In this document: positions 18,197 through 29,227 of the stretch, one piece after another
Position numbering within the stretch: position 1 is the stretch's first letter
Layout: every line of letters starts with the position of its first letter
NCBI GenBank assembly: GCA_043812915.1
Contig: JBDRLQ010000003.1
Location: forward strand, 61,870-125,869
DNA length: 64,000 nucleotides
Reading direction: 5' to 3'
From: Candidatus Micrarchaeota archaeon
Lineage (GTDB): Archaea; Micrarchaeota; Micrarchaeia; Anstonellales; Bilamarchaeaceae
Program-made: the position numbers and the translations under genes
Notes under the pieces: generated by a model
Databases searched by the model: none
What the model saw: the letters and a program-made list of their open reading frames with translations, nothing else
Told to the model about the DNA's origin: nothing

Positions 18197-20194
18197 ATGA
18201 GAAAATTCAAGACCACTGCCGAGATAAATGTCTCTGATAGGCTGATTGACCAGATTATCGGCCAGGACAGGGCAGTCGACATAATCAAGAAGGCGGCAAG
18301 GCAGAAGCGCAACGTGCTTCTTATCGGCCCGCCTGGAACCGGGAAGAGCATGCTCGCCCAAGCGATGGCAGAGCTGATGCCCCCCCAGGAACTTGAGGAT
18401 GTGCTCATACTCCCGAATCCGAACAACGAGAACCAGCCGCGCGTAAATGTCGTGAAGACTTACCCTGATGAGGAGTACCTGGCAAAGCATCCTGCCTCCA
18501 GGGGGCTCTATTCACGCAAGGAACAGGCGGGAATCAAGAAGTTTTCTGATGGCAAGCAGAGGGCGAAGCTGCCGCAGATGCTTGGCATGGGCCTTGGAAG
18601 GAGAATGACAAGAGTCCGAAAGAAAGATGAGGAGGAGAGCGGCATATCGCCCATCTTTCTTCTGGTTGTTCTGGCAGCCGCGATACTTGCACTGATATTC
18701 ATCGTTGAAATTGAGGAAGGCCTCAAGACCCTCCTTATCATAGGGGCCCTTGGAATCGGCTTCCTTTATCTGATTGCCAATGCCACTTCCGGCCTCGGAA
18801 AGCGGATGTCCCCGAAAGAGCAGACCACTCCGAAGCTGGTTGTCGATAACAGCGGGAAGACGACTGCGCCTTTCATTGACGCAACAGGAACCCGCGCAGG
18901 AGCCCTGCTTGGCGATGTCAAGCACGACCCGCTTCAGTCCGGAGGGCTCGGGACTCCCGCGCACCTCAGGGTTGAATCCGGCGCTGTCCACAGGGCGAAC
19001 AAGGGAGTTCTTTTCATTGATGAAATCGCCTCGCTCAAGCTCAACTGGCAGCAGGAGCTGCTAACAGCCATGCAGGAAAAAAGATATCCGATTACAGGGC
19101 AGAGCGACATGAGCTCCGGTGCGCTTGTGAAAACAGAGCGCGTTCCAACGGACTTCGTCCTTGTCGCCGCCGGGAACCTCCCTGACATGAAGCAGGTGCA
19201 CCCCGCACTGCGCTCCAGAATCCGCGGTGGCGGGTATGAGATATATGTCGAGGACAGCATGGAGGATACCCCCGAGAACGCAGACCGGATAATAAGCTTC
19301 GTTGCCCAGGAAGTGAAGAAGGACGGGCGCATCCCCAATTTCGATAGCACCGCGGTCGCTGAAATCCTGGAGGAAGCGCGAAAGATGTCCGGCAGGAGGA
19401 AAAGGATTGCGCTCAATCTGCGTGAACTAGGCGGCCTTGTGAGGGCGGCCGGAGACATCGCAAGGGAGAGGGATATTGACGTGGTCACTAAGAAGGAAGT
19501 GATGGAGGCCAAGAAGATATTCAAGTCAATTGAAAGCCAGCTTGGCGCGAAGATTATCGAGCGCAAGAGGGAATACCAGACAATAATAACAACCGGTGCT
19601 GAAGTCGGCCGTGTGAACGGGCTGGCAGTTCTAGGCGATTCGCAGGCGGGCCTTGTTCTCCCGATTGTCGCCGAAGCAACTCCTGCCGCTTCAAAGAGCG
19701 AAGGGAAAGTGATTGCGACCGGAAAGCTAGGCCAGATTGCCAAAGAGGCGGTCGAGAATGTATCAGCGATAATCAAGAAGTATATAGGAACAGACATCTC
19801 CAAGATGGATTTGCACATCCAGTTCCTGCAGACCTATGAGGGGCTGGAAGGGGATAGCGCATCGATTTCCACCGCTCTGGCGGTAATTTCAGCTGTTGCT
19901 GGCATCCCGGTCCACCAGAACCTTGCCATGACCGGCTCTCTTGATGTCCGGGGCAGGGTCATGCCTATTGGCGGGGTAACTGCGAAGATTGAGGCCGCCG
20001 TTGATTCCGGAATAAGCAAGGTGCTGATACCAAAGGCCAATGCGCAGGATGTTTATCTTGGCAAGAACACTGAGGGCAAGGTGAAGGTAATCGAGGTGAC
20101 CAGCATAACGGAAGTGCTTGATTACGCCCTAAAGGACTGCAAGGATAAGAGGGCTCTTCTTGCGAAGATGAGGCGCCAGAGCAAAGGCGGCTGA
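18197..20194 (+). CDS. lonB: ATP-dependent protease LonB
   Basis: GPPGTGKS, 2 TM insert, LFIDEI, EGDSAS, IGGVTAK; start reassigned to ATG 18197. Confidence 0.97.
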   Translation: MRKFKTTAEINVSDRLIDQIIGQDRAVDIIKKAARQKRNVLLIGPPGTGKSMLAQAMAELMPPQELEDVLILPNPNNENQPRVNVVKTYPDEEYLAKHPASRGLYSRKEQAGIKKFSDGKQRAKLPQMLGMGLGRRMTRVRKKDEEESGISPIFLLVVLAAAILALIFIVEIEEGLKTLLIIGALGIGFLYLIANATSGLGKRMSPKEQTTPKLVVDNSGKTTAPFIDATGTRAGALLGDVKHDPLQSGGLGTPAHLRVESGAVHRANKGVLFIDEIASLKLNWQQELLTAMQEKRYPITGQSDMSSGALVKTERVPTDFVLVAAGNLPDMKQVHPALRSRIRGGGYEIYVEDSMEDTPENADRIISFVAQEVKKDGRIPNFDSTAVAEILEEARKMSGRRKRIALNLRELGGLVRAAGDIARERDIDVVTKKEVMEAKKIFKSIESQLGAKIIERKREYQTIITTGAEVGRVNGLAVLGDSQAGLVLPIVAEATPAASKSEGKVIATGKLGQIAKEAVENVSAIIKKYIGTDISKMDLHIQFLQTYEGLEGDSASISTALAVISAVAGIPVHQNLAMTGSLDVRGRVMPIGGVTAKIEAAVDSGISKVLIPKANAQDVYLGKNTEGKVKVIEVTSITEVLDYALKDCKDKRALLAKMRRQSKGG

Positions 20195-20250
20195 TTCCAC
20201 ATTTTTACTGAAAGGAATATTTTATATTTATTACCATATAGTATAACAGT

Positions 20251-20973
20251 ATGGCATTAGCTTCCACTATTACCGCTGAACCCCCAAGGCCTGGGAAAAT
20301 GTCAAATCTAATCAAGAAAGCAACCGCATTGGTAGATGCATTGCCCGAGAGAAGGCGAGAAAAGAGGGCCCGGCAGATGCAAATGCCGCTTATCCGGCCT
20401 ATGCTAAAGGAAATCCGGCTCTGCAGGATTCTAGAGGAAAAAACTGGAATCCCTGTTGCAAGCTATCAATCACACCTGATTGCGCTTTATCATGCTGGCT
20501 CCTCCGAACTTGGGCTGGAAGGCGCTGCCAGGGCGGTTCTTAGTGCCGGTGAAAAGCCTTTTGATGAGGAGGCTATCCAGCACCTGGGAGGCGAGGCTTT
20601 CCGGCGGATTGGGGAAGGCTCAGGCGCAATTTTCAATGCAACCAGCCTGCTAGGGTATAATCCCTATGCTCCTGCCAACGGGGCGGCATTCCCGGTCAAC
20701 ATCTCCAGGAATCCCATTGCCCACATACCAATCACGACTGACCCGGACGGGTGGACAATCCGCTCCTTAGGGCATCAGAAACTCGAAACGGATTTCACAT
20801 ATGCATATGTGCGCGTTGATATGCCAAGCGGTAGAATCAGGGGGTTCATCCTCAAGGACGGTTCATCTTTCAATAAGCCTTTTCTTGCCCCTCTAATCGG
20901 GCTAAAAGTTATCCACAGCGTCCTATTCCCCGGTCCGGAGAATAACATTCTCCTCGACGGAAGTGACTGCTGA
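20251..20973 (+). CDS. hypothetical protein (orphan)
   Basis: 240-codon ORF with TATA-like TTTATAT about 30 nt upstream; 3' overlap with the convergent gene. Confidence 0.6.
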   Translation: MALASTITAEPPRPGKMSNLIKKATALVDALPERRREKRARQMQMPLIRPMLKEIRLCRILEEKTGIPVASYQSHLIALYHAGSSELGLEGAARAVLSAGEKPFDEEAIQHLGGEAFRRIGEGSGAIFNATSLLGYNPYAPANGAAFPVNISRNPIAHIPITTDPDGWTIRSLGHQKLETDFTYAYVRVDMPSGRIRGFILKDGSSFNKPFLAPLIGLKVIHSVLFPGPENNILLDGSDC

Positions 20974-22164
20974 GACTGGCATCGTGTACTTCTTCTCGAA
21001 CATGGTCTGGATTACCAGCTTGCCCTTGCGGCCGTCGACGCCCACTATCTTTCCAAGGTAGGTGCCGTGCTCGCTGATTGCCTCCTTGCCCTCGAGCTTC
21101 ATGCGCACAAGCATATCTGTCCGGATTCCATTGATTATCTTGGTGCTGACATATGCCATTGCGATTGCCAGGATGAGAGTCAGAAGGAAATCCGGGAAAT
21201 AGACGAATGGCTCGAACAGGTTGAGCACCCAGTCGCTGCCCACTTTCAGCACGAGCATCGCGAGAGTGAATCCCACCATGTACAGCGCATATTTGGTAAC
21301 CTCGTACTTCCTCTTCTCGCTGATTGCGTCTATGGCCTTTCCGCTAAGGAGCAGCACGAATGCGACAAGCAGCACCATCACCACATTGCGTATCAGGTAT
21401 GCCACGAGCTTCTCCCCCCCAAGTCCGAGGAGCGTTGCCTCACGGAAAGACTGGGAGGCCATCAGGATGGAGATTATGAACAGGGCAAAGCCCGCGATAT
21501 ATGTAATCCAGCTCGTTTTCTCCACCGAGAACCGAACATCTCGGATGAAGTTGCCGATGTGCTCATCAAGCCCCAGCAGACGGACGAACAGATAAAGGCC
21601 GACTATTATGCCGACAGGCTCCCATCCAAGCCGGAGATAGCTTGAGACCGAGAGCAGAAGTATGAGCAGCGCAGGGATCCCAAGGACCGTCTTTGCATAA
21701 TACGGGTCCTTCAGCTTCTCAATAAGCACGAAATAAGTCTTCTCAAGCTCTTTGGCCTGCTTTATGAACACGATCTTCGTTGAATCAATCTTCAGCCGGG
21801 ACTTGATTATCGGGGTTATCTCCTCATCAGAAGCGCCATCGGAAACAAGCACGCAGGAAGTCGGGTTGAATTCCCGCACTACCTTGTCGAGCTGGTTGCT
21901 GATTTCCTTGTCTGCCTTGAAACCTAGCTTCTTGTCTCCGGTCAGCGTGACGACTTCCACCTCATGGCCATCTGACTTCATCTGCTCGAAGACCTTGATG
22001 GCGTAGAAAATTGCGTTGGAATCAGGATCCTCAGGATCTGCGATCGCCAGCTTGAGCGCCCCATCGATATTCTTCTTCCTGCCGATAAGGGGCCCGCTGA
22101 CCTTGCCTTTCTCGTAAAGGTCATTGTCCCGGTCTATACAGAGCACCAATATCGGTCTTTCCAT
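20923..22164 (-). CDS. DUF373 family membrane protein with C-terminal PRC-barrel
   Basis: LVLCIDRDNDL, DPEDPDSN, VSDGASDE; C-terminal GKEAISEHGTYLGKI. Confidence 0.9.
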   Translation of the reverse strand: MERPILVLCIDRDNDLYEKGKVSGPLIGRKKNIDGALKLAIADPEDPDSNAIFYAIKVFEQMKSDGHEVEVVTLTGDKKLGFKADKEISNQLDKVVREFNPTSCVLVSDGASDEEITPIIKSRLKIDSTKIVFIKQAKELEKTYFVLIEKLKDPYYAKTVLGIPALLILLLSVSSYLRLGWEPVGIIVGLYLFVRLLGLDEHIGNFIRDVRFSVEKTSWITYIAGFALFIISILMASQSFREATLLGLGGEKLVAYLIRNVVMVLLVAFVLLLSGKAIDAISEKRKYEVTKYALYMVGFTLAMLVLKVGSDWVLNLFEPFVYFPDFLLTLILAIAMAYVSTKIINGIRTDMLVRMKLEGKEAISEHGTYLGKIVGVDGRKGKLVIQTMFEKKYTMPVSAVTSVEENVILRTGE

Positions 22165-22260
22165 GTCCCCAGCCTTGAAATAGTCTGTCTCCGCTCATTT
22201 AAAAAATCATCGGACTATTAAAATGTTCCCTAATTACTGAATATTGAGAGGTAAAATTAC

Positions 22261-22980
22261 ATGGAAGAGAAGAAGCGGGTTCTCCCCGGGGAGCACCTCG
22301 CCAGCTGCGAGGAATTCGAGCCCGGAGAGAATACTTTCACTGATAATGATGAGACGTATTCATCAACCTACGGAGAGGTTGAGGTCAATGAGGGCGCAAT
22401 CTCAGTCAACAACAAGGGCAAGACAATAGTCAAGCCCGATGTGGATGCGAAGGTCTACTGCATCGTCACCAGGGCTGATCCGAACAAGGCCCGCCTCAGC
22501 TGCATGCTCGAGAGCGAGGTGGATGGCAACGGAAGGGGCCCTGACCTGGACGCTGTGCTGCTGGTCACAAACATAAGCCGCGCGCACGTTGAGACCATCC
22601 GGGATGCAGTTAAGGTCGGTGACATCATCAAGGGCCGCATCTATAAGATAAAGGAGGGCGGCGAGATTGAAATTAGCATTCTCGGAAAGGATTTCGGGGT
22701 GATCAAGGCTTTCTGCGGAAAGTGCCGGAGCGAAATGTCTTTAAATGGCAGCATCTTCATCTGTAACAGCTGTGGCTGGAAAGAGCGGAGAAAAATCCCC
22801 GGAGGGGATGATTCGTTCACCCGGAGCGGCGGGCGTGAGGGCGGTCGTGACCGCCGGAGTGACCGGGGGAGTGACCGCGGAAGAAGGCCTTTCGGGGAGC
22901 GCCGCGAAGGAGGCAATTTCAGGAGGCCCTCTGGTGCAAGGCGCGGCCACCGGGAAAGGCCGTTGGGCGATAGGAAGTGA
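22261..22980 (+). CDS. csl4: exosome RNA-binding protein Csl4 with RG-rich tail
   Basis: VLPGE.L...EEF.PG, S1 domain, C..C...C..C ribbon, ERRK. Confidence 0.93.
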   Translation: MEEKKRVLPGEHLASCEEFEPGENTFTDNDETYSSTYGEVEVNEGAISVNNKGKTIVKPDVDAKVYCIVTRADPNKARLSCMLESEVDGNGRGPDLDAVLLVTNISRAHVETIRDAVKVGDIIKGRIYKIKEGGEIEISILGKDFGVIKAFCGKCRSEMSLNGSIFICNSCGWKERRKIPGGDDSFTRSGGREGGRDRRSDRGSDRGRRPFGERREGGNFRRPSGARRGHRERPLGDRK

Positions 22981-23261
22981 TGATTATGGCAGTTGAAATA
23001 ATCAAGCAGGAAAAGAACATGATTGAAGTCGATTTCGGAGAGGTTGACCACTCCATTCCCCACCTCATGGTGGAAAGGCTGAATGATAATGATGATGTGG
23101 ATTTTGTCGCATACAAGGTTGAACACCCGATTATTGGTTCGCCACATCTGATACTCAGAACGAAGAAGGGAGACGCACTGAAGCTTTTCACAGACACCCT
23201 TGAGGCAATAAAGACCGATGTTGACACGTTCAAGAAGCAGTTTGCTGAAATAACCAAGTAG
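22977..23261 (+). CDS. rpoL: RNA polymerase subunit Rpo11 (L)
   Basis: DHS, VDFVAYKVEHP; csl4-rpoL synteny. Confidence 0.93.
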   Translation: MMIMAVEIIKQEKNMIEVDFGEVDHSIPHLMVERLNDNDDVDFVAYKVEHPIIGSPHLILRTKKGDALKLFTDTLEAIKTDVDTFKKQFAEITK

Positions 23262-23269
23262 GGTTTCTC

Positions 23270-24265
23270 ATGAATATCGAGAAGTTACTTGAAAAGCCAC
23301 CCGTGGAGATACTGGTGCTTTTCGCCACCCTTTTTCTTTATATCCTGACTGACAGGCTGCTCCCGGAAGAAAGCGAATGGGGCTTCCTGCGCATCCTCTT
23401 TGCACTATTGGTACTCGCCCAGATGCTTTTCATACTCGGAACAGAGATCAAGCACAACACAAAGAAGTTCGGCTGGAAGCACGAGGTGGTTGACACCGCC
23501 GTTGCCCTTGCGGTTGCGCTTATCATCTGGTTCGGCGCGATGTATTTCCTGAATACCAGCTCTCCTGTTTCAGGTGTGGTTTCATGCAGCATGCTCCCCA
23601 ATCTTTATCGGGGGGATTTCGTTGTTGTGCAGGGCGCTGACCCTGCGGCATATCACATTTCGATGGCCAAGGAGGATTTCGCCCTCTTTGAGAACGAGTT
23701 CTCGACAGTGTTCAATTCGCATGACAATTATACTGTCCCAGGCTCGCTCTATGCATACTGCATATACAGCCCTGCCGCCGATTTCTGCCAGGAGTTCTCC
23801 GTTAATCCCGACGATTTCCTGGAAATGCGGGGGCCCTTGTCATATAGGTACACGATGTGCACAATAACGCCCCAGGAGGGGGAGCTGGCCTACAGCCCCT
23901 GCCTGAAGTCCATAAGCTATGGGGGGACCGAGTACCTCACAAACTTCAATAATGATGTCATAGTGTACCAGCCGGCAGCAACCGACCTCTATGGCCGCGT
24001 TGGCGATATAGTCCACAGGGTCCTGTTCGTGCTGAATGTCGAGGGGGAGAAATACTACATCACCCGCGGGGACAACAATCCGGTCCTTGACATTCAGGTC
24101 TATGATTACCGGGGAAGGATGGGCAACCATCCGGTTTCCCAGGAGAACTACAAGGGCAAGGTCATTTTGAGAGTGCCTGTTCTTGGCTACTTCAAGCTTC
24201 TCATCTCGGGCTTCTGGGAAGAGGATGAGCAGTGCAAATGGCAGCTGGAATATCCGCATGTCTAA
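23270..24265 (+). CDS. signal peptidase I (S26B) with Cys-containing insertion
   Basis: VVSCSMLPNLYRGD, IVHRV, TRGDNN, VPVLGY. Confidence 0.9.
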   Translation: MNIEKLLEKPPVEILVLFATLFLYILTDRLLPEESEWGFLRILFALLVLAQMLFILGTEIKHNTKKFGWKHEVVDTAVALAVALIIWFGAMYFLNTSSPVSGVVSCSMLPNLYRGDFVVVQGADPAAYHISMAKEDFALFENEFSTVFNSHDNYTVPGSLYAYCIYSPAADFCQEFSVNPDDFLEMRGPLSYRYTMCTITPQEGELAYSPCLKSISYGGTEYLTNFNNDVIVYQPAATDLYGRVGDIVHRVLFVLNVEGEKYYITRGDNNPVLDIQVYDYRGRMGNHPVSQENYKGKVILRVPVLGYFKLLISGFWEEDEQCKWQLEYPHV

Positions 24266-24804
24266 AGCTTCAGGACAACGCTGTCAAGGTATTTCCCGTT
24301 GTATTTGATCCACTTGGGCCAGACGGCAAATTCCCGGAACCCTACTTTCTTATAGAGTGAATATGCCGGTCTATTGGGCCGGAGGACGCTGAGCCAGATG
24401 TTCTTCGGCTTTGGCCTGAAGAATTTTCTGGCGGTGTTTATGTTGAACCTGAGCAAGGCCTCTCCTAGGCCGAGCCTGCGGTAGGGCTTCACGACTGCCA
24501 GGCCGAGCATGACGCTTTCCCGCTCCCTGCCAATCCCGCAGCTTGCATGGGATGAGGCGGCAATCTTCCCCCCGATGCGGGCAATTAGCGTGTATTTCGC
24601 CTTTTTCCGGAAGCCTTCAAGCTCTCCCTTTTTCCACTCTTCCTCCTGTGCAAGCGTTAATTTCTTGTCGAGCAGGATGTATGCCTTCTCGGCAATAAGC
24701 CTGTTGATGAAAACCAGCAGCTCACCTGTGGAATCGGCCCTGCTGAGGAATGATACTTCTGCAATCCGGCCATCTTCGAGCCTGATTGACCCGAGCGTAG
24801 GCAT
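24262..24804 (-). CDS. GNAT family N-acetyltransferase
   Basis: V..PYRRLGLG..L and N.PAYSLYKKVGF motifs. Confidence 0.9.
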   Translation of the reverse strand: MPTLGSIRLEDGRIAEVSFLSRADSTGELLVFINRLIAEKAYILLDKKLTLAQEEEWKKGELEGFRKKAKYTLIARIGGKIAASSHASCGIGRERESVMLGLAVVKPYRRLGLGEALLRFNINTARKFFRPKPKNIWLSVLRPNRPAYSLYKKVGFREFAVWPKWIKYNGKYLDSVVLKL

Positions 24805-24808
24805 GCGA

Positions 24809-25552
24809 CTACCCGTACTGGGTTCCGCCCAGTTCACGCGTCATCACTTCAGTGAGGCTGGAGCGGAGCTTTTCCTTGTGGGCGTCCGTTGTATCGAGGT
24901 TGTCAATTTTCTCGTCCCACTGCGCGAGCGAGGCTAGTATCCTGTGCAGGAGCCTTTCATTGTCCGTGTACTTGGCGTAGCTGAGCAGGGAATCCAGGGC
25001 ATACCCTGATTCCGAGTCCCCCAGCGCATCGATTATCGCGTTACGCAGGACATGGTTGGCCTCATTCTCCATTGTGCAGAGATGGGCGTAATGGTATGTC
25101 AGCACCTTTGCAGCATCATCGCCCTTGTTGAAAGCGCCGAGCATCTTGATGAATTCCACAAGCCCTTCCAGTGAGGTGTTGTAATTGAACATCGCGCGGT
25201 AGACATTCATCCTCAACTGGGTGGCCTCTCTGTTGGGTGTCCTGGCCCTGAAGTGCTCGTAGTTCCTCATGAACTTGAGCTCCGAGCTTGTTGCCAATGC
25301 CTCGTGAATCATATAGAGCAGGAGCTGGCGGATGTTCTCATCGCCCTTCATGTATATGCTCCTGATTTTCTCAACAGCATCCCGTTTTTTCTCCTCACTG
25401 ACCGCAACAGGATAGAACTTGATCGAGAACATCGCGGTCTCAATCTCCTTGACTATGTCCCCCATTTTCGTATCAGGAGCCGTTTCATCTTTCTTCGGAG
25501 CTTCCTTCTTTTTCCCGCTCCCGGTCTTTTTTTTGCCTGCCAAGCCTATCAC
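24809..25552 (-). CDS. hypothetical helical (HEAT-like) protein
   Basis: LRNAIIDALG...ALDSL pattern; start uncertain. Confidence 0.6.
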   Translation of the reverse strand: MIGLAGKKKTGSGKKKEAPKKDETAPDTKMGDIVKEIETAMFSIKFYPVAVSEEKKRDAVEKIRSIYMKGDENIRQLLLYMIHEALATSSELKFMRNYEHFRARTPNREATQLRMNVYRAMFNYNTSLEGLVEFIKMLGAFNKGDDAAKVLTYHYAHLCTMENEANHVLRNAIIDALGDSESGYALDSLLSYAKYTDNERLLHRILASLAQWDEKIDNLDTTDAHKEKLRSSLTEVMTRELGGTQYG

Positions 25553-25599
25553 CAGTATTTTTTACTCTTTCATTTATTATTAATAAATCAGGTGGTCAC

Positions 25600-26151
25600 T
25601 TGGAGATTCATTTTGCGACAAGCAATGTCCATAAGTTCAAGGAGGCGCAGGAGATGCTGAAGGATGCCAGGGTTGAGCTGAAGCGATTCGGGTTCGAATA
25701 CCGCGAAATCCGCTCGGAGAGCCTTGAGGAAATCGCAAGGGATGCGGCGGCAGCGGCCTTCGGGCGCCTGAAGAAGCCGGTTTTCGTGGAGGATTCCGGC
25801 CTGTTCATAGATTCCCTGAACGGCTTTCCCGGAACTTACTCCGGATGGACATTCGGGAAAATCGGCTCTGGCGGCATGCTGAGGCTGCTTGCAGGGGCCA
25901 AAGAGCGCTCAGCGCACTTCGGAAGCTGCGTTGCATTCGCCGATGGGAAGGGGGTAAAGACCTTCAGCGGCACCTGCAGGGGCACAATCTCCCCAGAGGC
26001 GCGCGGAACAGGCGGCTTCGGGTACGACCCCATCTTCGTTCCCGAGGGCCACAACGAGACTTTTGCCCAAAGCATAATATTAAAAAACAAGCTCTCACAT
26101 AGATATAATTCTCTTTTGAAATTCTCAAATTATCTGAGAAAGACACAGTAG
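25600..26151 (+). CDS. rdgB: non-canonical purine NTP pyrophosphatase (RdgB/HAM1)
   Basis: FATSN.HK, EDSGL, GFPG.YS, GFGYDPIF, KN.LSHR. Confidence 0.95.
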   Translation: MEIHFATSNVHKFKEAQEMLKDARVELKRFGFEYREIRSESLEEIARDAAAAAFGRLKKPVFVEDSGLFIDSLNGFPGTYSGWTFGKIGSGGMLRLLAGAKERSAHFGSCVAFADGKGVKTFSGTCRGTISPEARGTGGFGYDPIFVPEGHNETFAQSIILKNKLSHRYNSLLKFSNYLRKTQ

Positions 26152-26161
26152 GTGAACTGTC

Positions 26162-26620
26162 GTGGCTAGATTGCATTCCAGAAAGAAAGGAAAATCCGGA
26201 ACGAAGAGACCAAAAAGCATGGTCTCCCCAGAGTGGGTAGAAGCAGATGTCAATGAGATTAAGAGGCTCATCGTGAAGATGGCAAAAGAAGGCGTTCCGC
26301 CTTCCAAGATTGCCCTCATGCTAAGGGACCAGCACGCGATACCGAATATCCGCGCGTTCCTTGGCATGTCGATGACCGCATTCCTCAAGAGTGAGGGCGC
26401 GCTTCCTGAGTATCCCGAGGATCTCATCAGCCTTATCAAGAAGGCAATCCGGATGAGGGAACACATCAAGAAGGATGGCAAGAGGGACACGCACAACAAG
26501 GTGAAGCTCAGGCATGTGGAGTCCAAGATTATCCGCCTTGTCAACTACTATCGTAAGAACGGCGCTATTCCTTCGGACTGGACCTATGACGCAGAGAAGG
26601 TTGCGCTACTTGTAAAGTAA
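26162..26620 (+). CDS. rps15: 30S ribosomal protein S15 (archaeal)
   Basis: MARLHSRKKGKSG.KRP, LRDQH, PEDL, ESKI.RLV.YY. Confidence 0.97.
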   Translation: MARLHSRKKGKSGTKRPKSMVSPEWVEADVNEIKRLIVKMAKEGVPPSKIALMLRDQHAIPNIRAFLGMSMTAFLKSEGALPEYPEDLISLIKKAIRMREHIKKDGKRDTHNKVKLRHVESKIIRLVNYYRKNGAIPSDWTYDAEKVALLVK

Positions 26621-26641
26621 ATATCACACGGGTAATATTCT

Positions 26642-27235
26642 ATGGCAGGCAAGAAAACAAAAGTCGTTGACAAGTGGAAGAGCAAGAAATGGTATACAGT
26701 CATTGCACCTTCTATGTTTGAGGGCAAGGAGATTGCCGAAGTGGTCGCAAGCGACGACAAGTTGCTGCAGAACCGAATCGTCAGGAAGAGCCTGATGGAG
26801 CTGGGGACTGGCGGCGCTTCGCAGCTGGCAATGTTCACGAACCTTCGATTCAGGCTCACCGACGTGAGCGGCGCGACTGTGCACACCAAGCTCGTCGGAT
26901 ATGACATCGCATCCTCGTACATAAAGACCTTCGCGAGGAGGGGCAAGTCGCTCATCCACCAGATTGTGGATGGGAAGACCAAGGACAATGAGGAGCTCAG
27001 GCTCAAGATTATCGCGGTCACCGGCGCGAGGGTGAGCGAGAACACAAAGAGGAACATCAGGCAGGCACTCGTCGAGGAGACGCTCAAGGGAGTTACCGAG
27101 GGCAACTTCGAGGATGTCATGCAGGACCTGCTTTTCGGAAAGTTCTCCTCGAGGATTTTCACCAGGCTCAAGCAGATAACGCGCATGAGGCGTGTCGAGG
27201 TCTGGAAGTCCGAGAGGAAAGAGAACTTCAAGTGA
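26642..27235 (+). CDS. rps3ae: 30S ribosomal protein S3ae
   Basis: DKWKSKKWY.V.AP.MF; rps15-rps3ae context. Confidence 0.93.
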   Translation: MAGKKTKVVDKWKSKKWYTVIAPSMFEGKEIAEVVASDDKLLQNRIVRKSLMELGTGGASQLAMFTNLRFRLTDVSGATVHTKLVGYDIASSYIKTFARRGKSLIHQIVDGKTKDNEELRLKIIAVTGARVSENTKRNIRQALVEETLKGVTEGNFEDVMQDLLFGKFSSRIFTRLKQITRMRRVEVWKSERKENFK

Positions 27236-27239
27236 TGCT

Positions 27240-27569
27240 ATGATGCCTCCGGGGATGGATCCTAGGAAGATGCAGCAGCTGATGAAGCAGATGGGCATCC
27301 AGCAGAAGGAGATTGATGCCAAGAGGGTCGTCATCGAGACCGATGATGGCAATTATATAATCACAAACCCCCAGGTTACCGAGGTAATCATGCAGGGGAG
27401 CCGCTCATTCCAGATTGCAGGGGATGTCAACCTGGAGGATTCCATCAGCAAGGAGGACATCGAGATGGTGATGTCACAGACCGGTTGCGAATGGGAAGAG
27501 GCCGAGAATGCCCTGAAGAAAGCGAATGGCGATATCGCGCAGGCTATCCTCGATATCAAGCCTGAGTAG
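27240..27569 (+). CDS. nac: nascent polypeptide-associated complex protein
   Basis: GMDPRKMQQLMKQMGI; UBA domain EDIEMVMSQTG...GDIAQAI. Confidence 0.95.
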   Translation: MMPPGMDPRKMQQLMKQMGIQQKEIDAKRVVIETDDGNYIITNPQVTEVIMQGSRSFQIAGDVNLEDSISKEDIEMVMSQTGCEWEEAENALKKANGDIAQAILDIKPE

Positions 27570-27610
27570 CGCAGGAACCAATAAAAATATTCATTGCTAT
27601 TCCCTTGCTT

Positions 27611-28198
27611 ATGGGTATCAAAAGGGAATGGCAGCTCATCGTAGTGCTGCTCATTCTGATTGTTCTTCTGGTCAAGGCAGTCGAGTTCTTCAAGGTCGAC
27701 GTGGTGGAGGCGGATGCCAGCAACTTCGTCATGGAGGATTTGACCAGCAGGTACCCGGAGGCGGATATCTCGATAATGTCAATCCGCGAGATGACCAATG
27801 ACGCCGGGGACAACTATTTCGAGGTCAAGGCGAGAGTCACCGAGGGCGCGGCAACTCCATGCCCCGGGAGGATGCACATATACTACAATTATCCTGAGCA
27901 GAACTTCATCTCCCAGCCAAGTGAGGTGATAACCATGGGCTGCGAGGTATGCACCGAGGGGATTTGCACGCTCGCCTTCCCCGAAGAGGCGGTCATCGCA
28001 TCACACACTTTCGAAGGCACTGATGACATATCTTCCTACCTTTCCCTATACCCTTCCGCATATCCGTCCACAACAGAGAGCAAGGATTCCTGGCTGGTAG
28101 TCTGGAATTCGCCGCTCGCGCTGAACACGTACTATGTTGAACTTGGAAAGGACGGATCGGTCCATTCAGTTGATAGCCGGGAGAAGGGCGGTCAGTAG
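27611..28198 (+). CDS. membrane-anchored extracellular hypothetical protein
   Basis: N-terminal TM segment; acidic domain with 4 Cys. Confidence 0.7.
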   Translation: MGIKREWQLIVVLLILIVLLVKAVEFFKVDVVEADASNFVMEDLTSRYPEADISIMSIREMTNDAGDNYFEVKARVTEGAATPCPGRMHIYYNYPEQNFISQPSEVITMGCEVCTEGICTLAFPEEAVIASHTFEGTDDISSYLSLYPSAYPSTTESKDSWLVVWNSPLALNTYYVELGKDGSVHSVDSREKGGQ

Positions 28199-28199
28199 A

Positions 28200-29162
28200 T
28201 TATTCTATCCTTACTTTCCCCCCTTCATGGGAGATTTTCCTTTCCACAAATTGTGAGATCACTGACGCGTTCGTCCTGAAGTGCTCAGTGATTTCTGATG
28301 TTGCGAATGAGGTTTCCCCCTCTGCCAGGGCAGCGTAGATGAGGATTTGGTCCGCGAGGTGCCTGTCTAGATCCCAAGTTTCCTTTTTCAGCTCATCGAT
28401 TGCCTCCTGGGCGACAGCTTCAGCGCGCTTTCCCCTCTCTCCTGGAACGTATGAGCCCCTCAACCCCTGCCAGCAGGTTACAGCGTTTCCAGGGGATAAC
28501 GCTTCCTCCTCCCTTATCCTGACATCCTCTATCTTATTGTTGAGGAATATCTTTTTTTCTCTCATCGCAATTGCGAGCGGGAGGTTTGCAACCCTTATAA
28601 GGGCCTTGACGTCCGTCCCTTTGTGCCAGGCTTTTACGCCTTTGAGGCTGGAGGGTGTAATATCGAACCTGATTCTGCCGCCCCCTTTCGGATAATATCC
28701 AGGCTTCAGGAGTTCCGCCTCAACTTCGGCGCCCATATTCCTTATCGCTGGCAGGAAGACATTCTCGAAATAGTCATAAGAAGGGGATTTGAGGACATGC
28801 GTACCCCCGCTAATCGTGATGGAGCTCTTCTTCTCCGCTTTCAAGAGAATGGGTATTATGGTCTCTGCGACCAGTGTTACCGAGCCGGCGGTCCCGATGT
28901 CAAAATCGTACTTTCCGCCCACAATCTTTCCGGGATTGAATGCAAGCCTCCGGCTCTCGAGTTCGTCCCCCTCAAGCGCTCCCCGGCAGACCTTCCTGAC
29001 AGCCCTGGCGGCGGTCAGGTGCTGCATCTTCAGCCCCGGCCTGCCCCTCTTTGCGCGGACATTCACCATCTCAACAGTATTTCCGGTTATTGCAGAGAGG
29101 CTGAGCGATGTCCTTATCATCTGCCCTCCGCCCTCTCCTATCGAGCCATCTATAGTAATCAT
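28200..29162 (-). CDS. rtcA: RNA 3'-terminal phosphate cyclase
   Basis: IDGS.GEGGGQ, GGTHV, GYYPKGGG, HLADQ, HFRTN. Confidence 0.96.
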   Translation of the reverse strand: MITIDGSIGEGGGQMIRTSLSLSAITGNTVEMVNVRAKRGRPGLKMQHLTAARAVRKVCRGALEGDELESRRLAFNPGKIVGGKYDFDIGTAGSVTLVAETIIPILLKAEKKSSITISGGTHVLKSPSYDYFENVFLPAIRNMGAEVEAELLKPGYYPKGGGRIRFDITPSSLKGVKAWHKGTDVKALIRVANLPLAIAMREKKIFLNNKIEDVRIREEEALSPGNAVTCWQGLRGSYVPGERGKRAEAVAQEAIDELKKETWDLDRHLADQILIYAALAEGETSFATSEITEHFRTNASVISQFVERKISHEGGKVRIE

Positions 29163-29227
29163 AAGTATCCACAGGAATAGTAAGCGTGAATCATTATAGC
29201 GCTAACGCTAGAGAAATGAAGCGTAAG

